Of a stretch of 64,000 nucleotides of DNA, positions 38,635-48,258 are shown piece by piece. Source of the DNA: an uncultured Candidatus Saccharibacteria bacterium (GTDB taxonomy: Bacteria; Patescibacteriota; Minisyncoccia; Phycocordibacterales; UBA9973); contig CAYOLW010000004.1 in NCBI GenBank assembly GCA_964404925.1, positions 8,894 through 72,893 on the forward strand, read 5' to 3'. A program made the translations under genes and the position numbers. Position 1 is the stretch's first letter; every line of letters begins with the position of its first letter. The notes under the pieces are model-generated. The model worked only from the letters and a program-made list of their open reading frames with translations. It did not search any database and had not been told where the DNA came from.

Positions 38635-39954
38635 ATGATTGAAAATAGCAATAGACTTGTTACCTGCATTAAAAAAAGAGATCAAACTATACAAGACTTT
38701 GATTTAAGGAAGATAGCTGATGCAATACACAAAGCCATGATTGCTGTAGGTAGTGGTTCACGAGAAGATGCTCAGAAAATTGCTGAAGAAGTTTCAGTAA
38801 GCTTAAATAATAAATTTGCTACTACTCTAGATGAAGCTGATAATCAAAAGCAGGTTAATATCTGCCCTGGAGTTGAGGAAGTACAAGACATTGTTGAGGA
38901 AAGGCTTATGGCTAATGACTTTTTCGACGTTGCTAAGTCTTATATTATATACCGTCAACAACGTGCCGAAGAGCGTAAGCGTGATATTTTTAAAAAAAGG
39001 TTGAACTTGAAACCTTATGAATACCCGGAACTCTATGAATACGTAGCCGCTATTCGTCATTCTTACTGGATTCATACAGAATTTAACTTTGTAGGAGATG
39101 TTCAAGACTTTAAAGTAAACGTTAACGAGAAAGAAAAAAATATTATCAAGAATGCCATGCTCGCTATTGCTCAAATTGAAGTAGCGGTTAAAACCTTCTG
39201 GGGTGATATATACAAAAAGATGCCCAAGCCCGAAATTGGCGCCGTTGGCTTTACTTTTGCTGAATCAGAAGTCCGACACATGGATGCATATTCTCACCTG
39301 CTTGAAATACTGGGTATCAACGATGAGTTCAAGAAAATACGCGATTTCCCTGCAATCATGGCTCGTATAAATTATCTAGAAAAATCTCTCAAGAATGCTC
39401 GCAGTGAAGATAATCGTGAGTACAGTTTATCTATTCTGCTGTTCTCTTTATTTATAGAACACGTATCTCTGTTCTCTCAATTCCTGGTGATAATGTCTTT
39501 CAATAAATACAAGAATCTGTTTAAAGGTATTTCAAACGCTGTTGAGGCTACTTCAAAAGAAGAACAAATACACGGACTTTTCGGCATTGATGTCATTAAT
39601 ACAATAAAAGAAGAGCATCCTGAATGGTTTGATAAAGATTTCGAGGACACAGTCATTGCCATGTGTCGTGAAGCATTCGAAGCAGAAATGCAGATTGTTG
39701 ATTGGATATTTGAAAAGGGTGAACTAGAATTTATGCCCAAAGTAGTAGTAAATGAATTTATAAAACAACGCTTTAATAATTCATTACAGAGTATCGGACT
39801 CCAAAAGATATTTGATGTAGATGCTACTTTCCTAAAAGAATCAGATTGGTTCAACGACGAGGTTATTGCTACTAAACACGGTGATTTCTTTAATAAAAAA
39901 TCAATTAACTACTCTAAAAAGAGTAAAAGTATTACAAGCGAGGATTTGTTCTAA
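38635..39954 (+). CDS. nrdB: Class I ribonucleotide reductase small subunit (R2/NrdB) with N-terminal ATP-cone domain
   Basis: N-terminal VTCIKKRDQTIQDFDLRKIADAIHKA is an ATP-cone. The ferritin-like core has ESEVRHMDAY (E..H...Y radical site) and KEEQIHG (E..H). An acidic/aromatic C-terminal tail supports R1 docking. Confidence 0.8.
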   Translation: MIENSNRLVTCIKKRDQTIQDFDLRKIADAIHKAMIAVGSGSREDAQKIAEEVSVSLNNKFATTLDEADNQKQVNICPGVEEVQDIVEERLMANDFFDVAKSYIIYRQQRAEERKRDIFKKRLNLKPYEYPELYEYVAAIRHSYWIHTEFNFVGDVQDFKVNVNEKEKNIIKNAMLAIAQIEVAVKTFWGDIYKKMPKPEIGAVGFTFAESEVRHMDAYSHLLEILGINDEFKKIRDFPAIMARINYLEKSLKNARSEDNREYSLSILLFSLFIEHVSLFSQFLVIMSFNKYKNLFKGISNAVEATSKEEQIHGLFGIDVINTIKEEHPEWFDKDFEDTVIAMCREAFEAEMQIVDWIFEKGELEFMPKVVVNEFIKQRFNNSLQSIGLQKIFDVDATFLKESDWFNDEVIATKHGDFFNKKSINYSKKSKSITSEDLF

Positions 39955-39980
39955 ATTATTAGTTTATATAAACACAAAAC

Positions 39981-41717
39981 ATGTATTGGCTCAACGAAAA
40001 CAGTAAGAAATTCTTATCAAAAGGTTATCTATTGGAAGGCATGACTGCGGAAAATCGTATCCGCGAGATTGCCACTATTGCTGAAAAGTATTTAAACAAA
40101 CCTGGTTTTGCGGATAAATTTTACGATTACATGTCTCGTGGTTTCTATTCACTTGCCTCCCCGGTCTGGTCCAACTATGGACTAACCAGAGGTCTGCCTA
40201 TTAGCTGCTTCTCTAGCTATATTGGAGATGATATGGCTCGTATTTTATTCACTCACGCTGAAGTTGGAATGATGACAAAATACGGTGGTGGTACAGCTGG
40301 ACACTTTGGTGACTTGCGCCCACGTGGAGCAGTAATTAAAGAAAACGGTTTCTCTTCTGGATCTGTGCATTTCATGGAACTATTCGACGGTCTTATAAAT
40401 ATCGTGAGTCAAGGTTCAGTGCGTCGTGGACACTTTGCACCTTATTTGCCTGTTGAGCACCCAGATATCGAAGAATTTCTAAACATTGGTAAAGAAGGTC
40501 ACCCGATTCAAGAATCAACCTACGCAGTTACTGTAACCGATAAATGGCTCAAGGACATGGTAGGTGGAGATCAGGATAAACGCAGAATATGGGCCAGAAT
40601 AATACAACGCCGCACAGAAATTGGTTACCCATATATTTTCTTTACAGATACTGTAAACAACAACACCGTAGACGTGTATAAAGACAAAAAGATGAAGATT
40701 CATGGCAGTAACCTCTGCTCAGAAATTTGCCTACCGACAAGTGATGAAATTTCTTTTGTTTGCTGTCTGTCATCAATCAACCTTCGTCACTATCATGAAT
40801 GGAAAGATACCGATGCAGTTGAAACATTGGTTATGTTCTTGGACACTGTGATATCAAACTTCCTAGAAAGACTCGAGACATTGCGTGACAGTTCAGACCC
40901 ACAGAAACAAACTGCTTTCTATTTTATGCAGCGTGCTTATAAATTCGCAAAAGAACACCGCGCATTAGGCCTCGGCGCACTTGGTTGGCACACTCTCCTA
41001 CAAGAAAGCAATCTAGCATTTGAAAGCGACGAAGCAATGGAATTAAATCGAGAAATATTCAAAAAAATAAACGAACGTGCCTACAAAGCTTCCAAAGAAT
41101 TAGCCCAAGAACTCGGTGAACCAGAGATACTTAAAGGTTATGGTCGTCGCAATACCACCCTACTAGCGATTGCTCCCAATACTTCTTCAGCTTTCATTTT
41201 GGGTCAAGTATCCCAAGGAGTAGAACCCGTAATGTCTAATTGTTTCGTTAAAGACGTAGACAAAATGAAGGTTACAATTAAAAACCCAATGCTCGAATCC
41301 CTACTGAATGAAAAAGGTATCAATACACCAGAGATTTGGAGTAGTATCAGAGACAACGATGGATCTGTGCAGCATCTAGAAGAACTAACTCTACATGAAA
41401 AGAAAGTTTTCCGTACCTTCAGTGAAATAGACCAGAAAGCAATCATTGATCAGGCAGCAGATCGACAGAAATACCTTGATCAATCACAATCTTTGAACCT
41501 GTTAATTGATCCAACTATCGCAACCAAAGATTTAAACGCACTGTATTTGTATGCTTGGGAAAGGGGTGTTAAGACTCTTTACTACCAACACAGCATGAGT
41601 GCTGCCCAACAATTTGGCCGCAAAAAACTCCAGGAAGCAGAAATAAAAAAGAAGCAGAATGCTGCTACTCCAAACATTCACACCTCCGACAATGTTTGCA
41701 TTAGCTGTGAAGCATAG
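39981..41717 (+). CDS. nrdA: Class I ribonucleotide reductase large subunit (R1/NrdA), short form lacking ATP-cone
   Basis: NLCSEI catalytic Cys/Glu motif and a C-terminal CISCEA redox cysteine pair. At 578 aa it starts directly in the catalytic barrel. Confidence 0.85.
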   Translation: MYWLNENSKKFLSKGYLLEGMTAENRIREIATIAEKYLNKPGFADKFYDYMSRGFYSLASPVWSNYGLTRGLPISCFSSYIGDDMARILFTHAEVGMMTKYGGGTAGHFGDLRPRGAVIKENGFSSGSVHFMELFDGLINIVSQGSVRRGHFAPYLPVEHPDIEEFLNIGKEGHPIQESTYAVTVTDKWLKDMVGGDQDKRRIWARIIQRRTEIGYPYIFFTDTVNNNTVDVYKDKKMKIHGSNLCSEICLPTSDEISFVCCLSSINLRHYHEWKDTDAVETLVMFLDTVISNFLERLETLRDSSDPQKQTAFYFMQRAYKFAKEHRALGLGALGWHTLLQESNLAFESDEAMELNREIFKKINERAYKASKELAQELGEPEILKGYGRRNTTLLAIAPNTSSAFILGQVSQGVEPVMSNCFVKDVDKMKVTIKNPMLESLLNEKGINTPEIWSSIRDNDGSVQHLEELTLHEKKVFRTFSEIDQKAIIDQAADRQKYLDQSQSLNLLIDPTIATKDLNALYLYAWERGVKTLYYQHSMSAAQQFGRKKLQEAEIKKKQNAATPNIHTSDNVCISCEA

Positions 41718-41730
41718 CTAATTATCGAAA

Positions 41731-42120
41731 CTACATATTATATTTAAATTCGTTAGTGTTTTTAGACGGAGATACGTCAAAAATATCTATTGGTTTTAAT
41801 ATTACTAAACCTTTGACCGTTCGGTCTGGCAGAATTTCTTTTATCCAATCGCAAGCTGTTTGAAATTTATCCCCTTCTGTTAAATAGGTTGCCTCGCCTT
41901 TGATTTGATAACCGAACATCTTCTCCCAGCATACTAAAGAGGCTTCTTTGGTTTCAAGAATATTTATTAATGTTTTGTCCATGAAATAATTAATCAGCCA
42001 TATTTCTCCATCAACTACCCTGATAGAAGATACTGGAACAACGTTAATACCATTCTCGCCTCTAGTTGCTAAAGCTTTCGAAGAAGCCTGCAGTATGAAC
42101 TTTTCTATTTCTTGGTTCAC
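41731..42120 (-). CDS. Pyridoxamine 5'-phosphate oxidase-like FMN-binding split-barrel protein
   Basis: 129 aa, PNPOx-like fold pattern (RGENGINVVPVSS...VCWEKMFGYQIKGEA). Confidence 0.55.
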   Translation of the reverse strand: MNQEIEKFILQASSKALATRGENGINVVPVSSIRVVDGEIWLINYFMDKTLINILETKEASLVCWEKMFGYQIKGEATYLTEGDKFQTACDWIKEILPDRTVKGLVILKPIDIFDVSPSKNTNEFKYNM

Positions 42121-42126
42121 TAGTGC

Positions 42127-43233
42127 CTATTCGTCTACTGACAAATTTAAATCTTGCAAGATGCTTTTTACTTCATCTTTTATTTTTTGTTCTTTGTCTT
42201 GCTTTTCATTAGACTCGTCTAGCTTATTTTTCGCATCTTTTTTCGTATTTTTTGTATCAGATTTTCTATCTTTTTCTTCTTTAATAGTTTCTTTTAAATC
42301 TTTTGGTTCTTTTTCTTCCTGAACTTTAGTATCAATATTAAATTGCTCAATTGAGGGCTCTGATTCTAGTGTTGAGGTAGCAACAGTGGGTGGAATATCA
42401 GTAATAGTTGTACCTGATTCATCAATATCAGTAATGTTTTCTGTCACTGAGCTTGTTTCTTCTGTTCGCACTTCATCCTTAACTTCTTCTTTAGTATCTT
42501 CTTGGGCGTCGGTGCTTTCTTCTTTTTCAGCCTCTATTTTGAGTTCGTTAATATGTGCATCTACCAGATCATTGATGTCTTTTATGTTTGCTTTGTCTTC
42601 ATCGCTTACCTCGGTTATTTTCTCTACCTCATCATCTGTTGCTAATTTACCCAATACTACAGAGTGTGCTTCGAGTTTGCTCTCAAGTTCAGCTTTAACA
42701 GAAGCAGCATCTTCGGCGTCTCCGCTGGCAGCTATTTCGGCAGTAATTTCTTTAACTTTTTGAATATTTTTATCTATATTTTCTCTAACCTCAGCCTTCA
42801 CCTCAGGAGAAATCTTCTTCTTTTGAACTGTTACCTTCTCCAGCTCTTTAAGTCTCCTCTCGGCCCTCACAGCTTCAAAGCGGGCTAGTGCATTCGGTGA
42901 TAGTGCTCCCCAAGATTCCACTTTTTCATTAACATTTACTTTCATTGAGTATAACGCATCTCCAGGCAAAGCCTTGTTTGCGGCAAAAGCTGTACCACTG
43001 AAAACTACAACAATCAGTACCACAGCTACGGGCACAAAACGCTTCTCATGCCAAGTAAAACTAAAGCTAAATTTAGAGAAATATGGAGTTTCAATTTTAC
43101 TAGTCATCATCACTGGTTCTACAGCAGGATTATCCATTCTTTGGCGTACAGCCTCGAGTATAGAAAACTTCTCTTCTTTAGTAAGAGATACTTGCTTTGC
43201 TTGACCTATTATTTTTTTCCATAAATCTGACAT
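42127..43233 (-). CDS. Putative anti-sigma factor / membrane protein with extracytoplasmic LPGDALY domain and a K/E-rich low-complexity tail
   Basis: Translationally coupled to the upstream ECF sigma gene (ATGA overlap). Single TM, then a conserved LPGDALYSMK block, then a long acidic/lysine-rich coiled region. Confidence 0.5.
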   Translation of the reverse strand: MSDLWKKIIGQAKQVSLTKEEKFSILEAVRQRMDNPAVEPVMMTSKIETPYFSKFSFSFTWHEKRFVPVAVVLIVVVFSGTAFAANKALPGDALYSMKVNVNEKVESWGALSPNALARFEAVRAERRLKELEKVTVQKKKISPEVKAEVRENIDKNIQKVKEITAEIAASGDAEDAASVKAELESKLEAHSVVLGKLATDDEVEKITEVSDEDKANIKDINDLVDAHINELKIEAEKEESTDAQEDTKEEVKDEVRTEETSSVTENITDIDESGTTITDIPPTVATSTLESEPSIEQFNIDTKVQEEKEPKDLKETIKEEKDRKSDTKNTKKDAKNKLDESNEKQDKEQKIKDEVKSILQDLNLSVDE

Positions 43234-43730
43234 TATTCTTCTTTAAATATTTCTTTAATTTTTTTAAGTCCTCGATGCAACTTCACAGATACAGAATTCT
43301 CAGTCTCACCCAGCATTTCGGCTATTTCTGTGTTCGAAAAATCTTCAATATATTTCATATAGATAACTTCTCGGTACTTCTCCGGAATCCTCTGGAGTAC
43401 CCCGATGGCTAATTGACCATCAATACGATCAGCAATCCGCCCTCCTTCATCACTCCGTGTTTCGAAACCATCTTCCATTAACATATCCAAGGAAATTGGT
43501 TTCTTCTTACGGTATTCATCAATAATGATATTCCCCAAGATCCGGTAGAAAAAAGCCTTGAAATTATCAACAGATCCCCCTCGGTCTACATGGTTCCAAG
43601 CCCGAAGGAAGGTCTCTTGAACAATATCTTTGGCTAAATCTCTATCCGATACCTTAAAAAATGAGTACCGAAAGAGGGCGTCTGCATACTGATCACAAGC
43701 CTCTATAAAATTTTCTCTAAGACTCTTCAT
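43233..43730 (-). CDS. ECF-type RNA polymerase sigma factor (sigma-70 regions 2 and 4)
   Basis: DIVQETFLRAW (region 2.2), TEIAEMLGETENSVSVKLHRGLKKIK (region 4 HTH). Start trimmed to ATG 43730; the track start at 43754 is TTG. Confidence 0.82.
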   Translation of the reverse strand: MKSLRENFIEACDQYADALFRYSFFKVSDRDLAKDIVQETFLRAWNHVDRGGSVDNFKAFFYRILGNIIIDEYRKKKPISLDMLMEDGFETRSDEGGRIADRIDGQLAIGVLQRIPEKYREVIYMKYIEDFSNTEIAEMLGETENSVSVKLHRGLKKIKEIFKEE

Positions 43731-43808
43731 AATATACAACGTTTGAAAGCACAAAATATTACAGTCGTATCTACCCCGATTCTAGCAAAAACTAGGCAAT
43801 AAAGTAAC

Positions 43809-44576
43809 TTATCTTAAATAATCCTTAATTTGGGCTTCTGGTATCAGTATTGATATAGCGCCAGCCGCACCAGGGGCTACTTCATATTCACTAAAATAGA
43901 TTTTTAAACCATCCTTCGTCATAGCCCAGTTATTGAGGCTATCCATACTAATCACCCCTACCGCTTCAGGGAAAACACTTAGCCCAGAATCACCGAAATC
44001 ATATTTCGACGTGGTTTCTTTAACCAACTTAACAAAATCATCCTGTTTTTCTGCCTGTATTACATCGTTCAGAGTTAGCAACTTGCCGGATTTATCAACT
44101 GTTATTGTGTAGTAATTCTCTGTGCCATTAGCCCCGCCGGTGTAGGTGTATATACTCAGCACTAGGGTCTGTGCTTTTGGGTGTTCTTCTTTCGTACCTT
44201 TGATTACTATGTTGTACTTGGCTGTAGGACTATCTGCGCCAAAATCAGCGCGCATTTGAGGCACGTCAGTGTTTGCTTCTAGGGCAAAATCATTTAGTAC
44301 ATTTTTAACCCAAGTATTACCAATGCTTACAATAGCATCACTTCCACTGAAGACCGGGTATTCAGCTGTATAGTTTTCATTTTTCTCTTGTTTAATTTCT
44401 TGATTAAAGGGCACATAAGCCGCAGACTTGTTTATTTCTGCATTTATTTTTTCATATTCGTCTAAGGCAGACTGGTTTTGCATGCCTAAATAAAAACCGA
44501 GATAAAAAACACCAACAAACAAAATCACCGCGAATAATTTTGAATACCAAGTCACCTTATGCAGTTCTATTTTCAT
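43809..44576 (-). CDS. DUF3298/DUF4163 (RsiV-like) domain membrane-anchored protein
   Basis: N-terminal TM, and YTYTGGANG matches the DUF3298 YxYxGGAHG signature. Confidence 0.6.
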   Translation of the reverse strand: MKIELHKVTWYSKLFAVILFVGVFYLGFYLGMQNQSALDEYEKINAEINKSAAYVPFNQEIKQEKNENYTAEYPVFSGSDAIVSIGNTWVKNVLNDFALEANTDVPQMRADFGADSPTAKYNIVIKGTKEEHPKAQTLVLSIYTYTGGANGTENYYTITVDKSGKLLTLNDVIQAEKQDDFVKLVKETTSKYDFGDSGLSVFPEAVGVISMDSLNNWAMTKDGLKIYFSEYEVAPGAAGAISILIPEAQIKDYLR

Positions 44577-44644
44577 TTATATATTATAACCCAACAATTC
44601 AAAATAACATGTATATATGTACAGTTATTATTTGATAATAATAA

Positions 44645-45379
44645 CTATTTATTTTGACTGTCTAATAGCTTTTGCTCAATTTGAGTGACATCAAAAAATC
44701 CAGCGTTTAAGAGATCCGTCTGCAGCTTCTTGTCGAAGCCGGATACTATAGCTATGGCAACCAGTATAAATACAATACCGAATGTTTTCTTGAACCATCC
44801 TCTCGGGTCAGATACCTTCCCTACCTTGGATATTATTTTTTGACCCAGTACGGCCACACACAGCATCGCCAAAGATAAACCCAACACATAGGCTAGCAAG
44901 TATATTAATCCAAGTAGTAAAGATGCAGGCAATACAGTAGCCAATATAACAAAGTACGTAGGACTACAGGCTGAGAATATGGGTCCGAGCGATGCCCCAA
45001 TAATCACATCACCCCAAATGCTATCTTTTTTGTATCCCTTAAACAAGACTTTATTTGATTGTGCTGATACGGTGCTCGCAAAAGAAAACCTGTCCCAAAT
45101 GCTTGGGAACACCATCGTAATACCAAAGAAAAATATAATACCTCCTGAGATCCATTTCCAGAAATCTGGCGGTATATCAATCAGCAGTGAGCTTGCTTTC
45201 AAAAGCAAAGTAAACAATATCACTGACAAGGACAGAGAAGCGAGGACAAAGGCTAACCTCCTTTTGTTTAGAGTTGTATCACTAATAGAATGACCCACAA
45301 TTACCGGCAGTAGAGGCAGAATGCATGGCGCCAGTATCGTGAGTACTCCACTAACAAATGATATAACAAAGAAAAGCAT
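44645..45379 (-). CDS. ccdA: Cytochrome c-type biogenesis / thiol-disulfide transporter CcdA (DsbD beta-domain family)
   Basis: 6-TM protein with ILAPCILPLLP and a second Cys in SACSPTYF. Confidence 0.78.
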   Translation of the reverse strand: MLFFVISFVSGVLTILAPCILPLLPVIVGHSISDTTLNKRRLAFVLASLSLSVILFTLLLKASSLLIDIPPDFWKWISGGIIFFFGITMVFPSIWDRFSFASTVSAQSNKVLFKGYKKDSIWGDVIIGASLGPIFSACSPTYFVILATVLPASLLLGLIYLLAYVLGLSLAMLCVAVLGQKIISKVGKVSDPRGWFKKTFGIVFILVAIAIVSGFDKKLQTDLLNAGFFDVTQIEQKLLDSQNK

Positions 45380-45380
45380 A

Positions 45381-45977
45381 CTATTTTACCTCAGATACGA
45401 GGGATGCAAGGGTTGGGCTACCACTCCATTTTTTAATCAAACTGCCATCCTTGCTGACCTGCACAAATGTGTGCTGATAAGTAACGCCGTATTTTTTCTT
45501 AAGTTCTGAAGAATTATCATAGTTCACATCTAGGATCGTCAGATTGGCTGGAATTTTACTCAAATTAGCTTTGATGTCTTTGTCTACGGTAATACATGAA
45601 GGACACCAGCTAGCTCGGAAAAACAAGACAACATCGTGAGCATCAGAAGCCGTGGCTACTTTGTCTACACTGTATGCCTCATAAGATCCAGATTTCATAA
45701 CTGATTCTTCTTTTTTATCCATCATAGATTCACTATCCTGCATCATTGCACTTTTTTCTTCTGTGGTATTCTTATCCATGGTTATTTTCTCGTCAGTAGC
45801 CTTTTGGTATTCAATGGCTTGTTGTTCCATCTTCTCCTTCTCTACCATTGCAGCATTTTTTTGTGACTGTTTTGAATTAACAAAATAGCCAAACATAATA
45901 ACCACAGCAACAACAGCTGCGACTATCCCGATAACTGCAATTCCAGAAACACCCCTTTCCTTATTATTTTTATTCAT
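45381..45977 (-). CDS. Membrane-anchored thioredoxin-like thiol-disulfide oxidoreductase (TlpA/ResA-like)
   Basis: N-terminal TM, thioredoxin fold with a WCPSC active site. Confidence 0.72.
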   Translation of the reverse strand: MNKNNKERGVSGIAVIGIVAAVVAVVIMFGYFVNSKQSQKNAAMVEKEKMEQQAIEYQKATDEKITMDKNTTEEKSAMMQDSESMMDKKEESVMKSGSYEAYSVDKVATASDAHDVVLFFRASWCPSCITVDKDIKANLSKIPANLTILDVNYDNSSELKKKYGVTYQHTFVQVSKDGSLIKKWSGSPTLASLVSEVK

Positions 45978-46046
45978 ATACTTGATTATAGGTTTTGCTG
46001 TTGCACTTTGTCAAAATGAGCATACTATTAAAAGAAAAGTTCTCTT

Positions 46047-46211
46047 ATGAAAAAGACAAAATTAAGCAAAAAAGAAATTATGGATTTCTTTTTTGTAGAA
46101 GTAGGCTGGAAGGATATTCCGAGAATAATTATAGGCTGGGTACTGAGTGCCCTTATACTAATATTATTCTTCTGGCTAGTTTTTAAAATAGCCTTCTACT
46201 TTCACCTGTAA
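46047..46211 (+). CDS. Small membrane peptide (54 aa), hypothetical
   Basis: MKKTKLSKKEIMDFFFVEVGWKDIPRIIIGWVLSALILILFFWLVFKIAFYFHL, followed by a hairpin at 46211-46245. The overlapping 63-aa track ORF in another frame looks less protein-like. Confidence 0.3.
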   Translation: MKKTKLSKKEIMDFFFVEVGWKDIPRIIIGWVLSALILILFFWLVFKIAFYFHL

Positions 46212-46258
46212 AGTCCTTCCCTGCCACAAAGCACCGAAGGACTTTTAAGCTAATGAAT

Positions 46259-46609
46259 TTAATATACAAAATTAAAATAAAAACTTATTAGCAAAGATAG
46301 AGTGGTAAAAATTATCCCCGCATAGCCCAGAAACCTGCGGGATATTTTGCCTTGAGTCAACTTGTACGTATAGTAGCTGCTGTATTCAAATTCATAATTA
46401 AGCGAAGGGTTAATCTTCCTCCGTAGATCAAACTCCCATTTACTCAGTATGCAATAACTCCATATTACCTCAGACAACAAAGTCAGTACCAAGATACCCA
46501 GATAAAGCTCATATATAGGACGAAAAGCCCAACCGAATAAAATAACGAGCACTACCACAGCATGCACCAGCCAAATAATATCTGCCCCTATGCGGTATAG
46601 CGCTTTCAT
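46259..46609 (-). CDS. Integral membrane protein, hypothetical
   Basis: Three hydrophobic segments. Start trimmed to ATG 46609 (MKALYRIGADIIWLVHAVVVLV) because the track ORF overlaps the upstream gene. Confidence 0.4.
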   Translation of the reverse strand: MKALYRIGADIIWLVHAVVVLVILFGWAFRPIYELYLGILVLTLLSEVIWSYCILSKWEFDLRRKINPSLNYEFEYSSYYTYKLTQGKISRRFLGYAGIIFTTLSLLISFYFNFVY

Positions 46610-46628
46610 ATAATGCTTTTCTACTTTC

Positions 46629-47057
46629 CTATTTATTTGGATTAAATTCCACAACCCATTCAATACCGTATTTATCTCTAAACATACTAAAGTACGTTCC
46701 CCATGGGCTGTCACTCATTGGCGCTTCTACTTGCCCTCCGACTGAAAGTCCGTTAAATATTTTGTCGGCTTCTTCTTTACTGTCTGTGTCTACATGGATT
46801 TTACTCCTGTTTTCATTTTCATTCACTTTTCCCATAAATTCAGGTACATCATTCCCTATCAACACATTAGCACTTCCAATAGGCAGAACAATCTGCATGA
46901 TTTTATTCGCATCTTTATCTGCAACTGGGAATTCTGGACCGGCAAGATCTTTTAGACGAATCACTTGTGCAAACTCACCTCCAAAAACAGATTTATAAAA
47001 AGTAAATGCTTCTTCTGCATTACCATTAAAATTAATCCAAGGGTTTATTGTTTTCAT
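46629..47057 (-). CDS. VOC/glyoxalase superfamily protein (PhnB-like)
   Basis: 142 aa. INPWINFNGNAEEAFTFYKSVFGGE...PWGTYFSMFRDKYGIEW is a PhnB-like pattern. Confidence 0.75.
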   Translation of the reverse strand: MKTINPWINFNGNAEEAFTFYKSVFGGEFAQVIRLKDLAGPEFPVADKDANKIMQIVLPIGSANVLIGNDVPEFMGKVNENENRSKIHVDTDSKEEADKIFNGLSVGGQVEAPMSDSPWGTYFSMFRDKYGIEWVVEFNPNK

Positions 47058-47202
47058 ACGGGTATTTTAGCATGATTAAATACAAAACGAGGAAAAGGCA
47101 AAAGGGCTGACCAACCTGAGCCAGAACCTTTTGATTCATTACCCTGCAAGGCTTTTGGGACTGATTCCAGTATACCATTTCGACGCATCTCGAGCGCCTG
47201 CA

Positions 47203-48249
47203 TTAAACAGCAGAAAACATATTGGCAATTTCTGTACCTCTTTGAAGTAAATCAAAGTAAGTTATAACTTCAATTCCGTGCAATGAATGATTCATTTTTC
47301 TTAAAGCCTCTCTTTTTTCCTGAGACCATTTTTCTCGGTTGCCAATCAAAATAAAAGCTCTGGGTTTTATGATTGAAACATCTGCGTTGTACACTTTTTT
47401 AATTTTATCCTGTAATTCATATCTAAAATGTTCGAGGTCGCAAAGATAATTAACAACCTGTCCAAGGGCGGTGTTAGTTTCAGGTGTCCATTTGTAAGCT
47501 CCTGGGTGATGTGAATCAGGAACAATGACATCATCTTCTGGTAATTTTATTTCTAGAATATCAAGAAAACCATCAACGGTCGGAAAAAGATAATCTGGCA
47601 TACTACCAGAAAGATTAATTCTTGTTTTCTCAAACGGGTCGCGATACTGAACACCAAAAATCCACGTATGCGCATATATCCATTTTTGCCAAGAATCTGG
47701 TCCAGTAGTTTCACTATATTTTTTCGTTAGTCTTTCTGAAAAATCAGACAGTACAGTTGCTCTTTCAGTTTGAATTTGTGATTGTGCAAGACGTAATGCC
47801 AATTCAGGATTTGCATCTCTTAGTAAGCTCCAGAATTCATCGGAATTATTATTGGCAATTAGTTGTGTTAAAATCTCGGACTTATTTGAATCACTGACAA
47901 TAACAACCTGATTTGCAGGTGCCGTAATATATTCCTGAACACCTTTTTCAATACCAAGTTTAGCAATTTCTTCTCTATCACGAATTGCACTGAAGAGTTT
48001 TTTTGTTGACTCAGTATTGAGCTCAATTTTAACCCCCTCGTGAAGGTTTAATGATATAAAGCTACGCTCCGTTAGTTCTTCCCATTTTTGACCACGTTCC
48101 TTTTTAAATTTAACAAGGGAACCACGTACACCTCCTTCGTGAATCTGCGGTTTAAAAACAAGAGCAGTATCAGGCGTTTGAGTTAAAAGAACCCAGCTCG
48201 AATCAACAATACCCTTACCAACTAGCTGAGTTTTTATTTTTTCTTCCAT
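47203..48249 (-). CDS. PD-(D/E)xK nuclease superfamily protein, possibly Shedu/DUF4263-like
   Basis: C-terminal half has PDYLFPTVDGFLDILEIKLP (PD ... D-x-LEIK, i.e. PD-(D/E)xK) followed by IIKPRAFILIGNR. The N-terminal half is unrecognised. 348 aa. Confidence 0.45.
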   Translation of the reverse strand: MEEKIKTQLVGKGIVDSSWVLLTQTPDTALVFKPQIHEGGVRGSLVKFKKERGQKWEELTERSFISLNLHEGVKIELNTESTKKLFSAIRDREEIAKLGIEKGVQEYITAPANQVVIVSDSNKSEILTQLIANNNSDEFWSLLRDANPELALRLAQSQIQTERATVLSDFSERLTKKYSETTGPDSWQKWIYAHTWIFGVQYRDPFEKTRINLSGSMPDYLFPTVDGFLDILEIKLPEDDVIVPDSHHPGAYKWTPETNTALGQVVNYLCDLEHFRYELQDKIKKVYNADVSIIKPRAFILIGNREKWSQEKREALRKMNHSLHGIEVITYFDLLQRGTEIANMFSAV

Positions 48250-48258
48250 AATTAATCT

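Noticed and set aside
42300-42900. Low-complexity, purine/pyrimidine-skewed sequence that yields several long antisense ORFs (42386-42763+, 42664-42888+)
   Set aside because: It is explained by the K/E-rich tail of the anti-sigma-like gene on the minus strand. The plus-strand ORFs are Ser/Leu-rich mirror artefacts.
45995-46186. Track ORF of 63 aa (+)
   Set aside because: The overlapping alternative frame 46047-46211 gives a far more protein-like membrane peptide with a terminator. The 63-aa frame is kept only as the less likely option.
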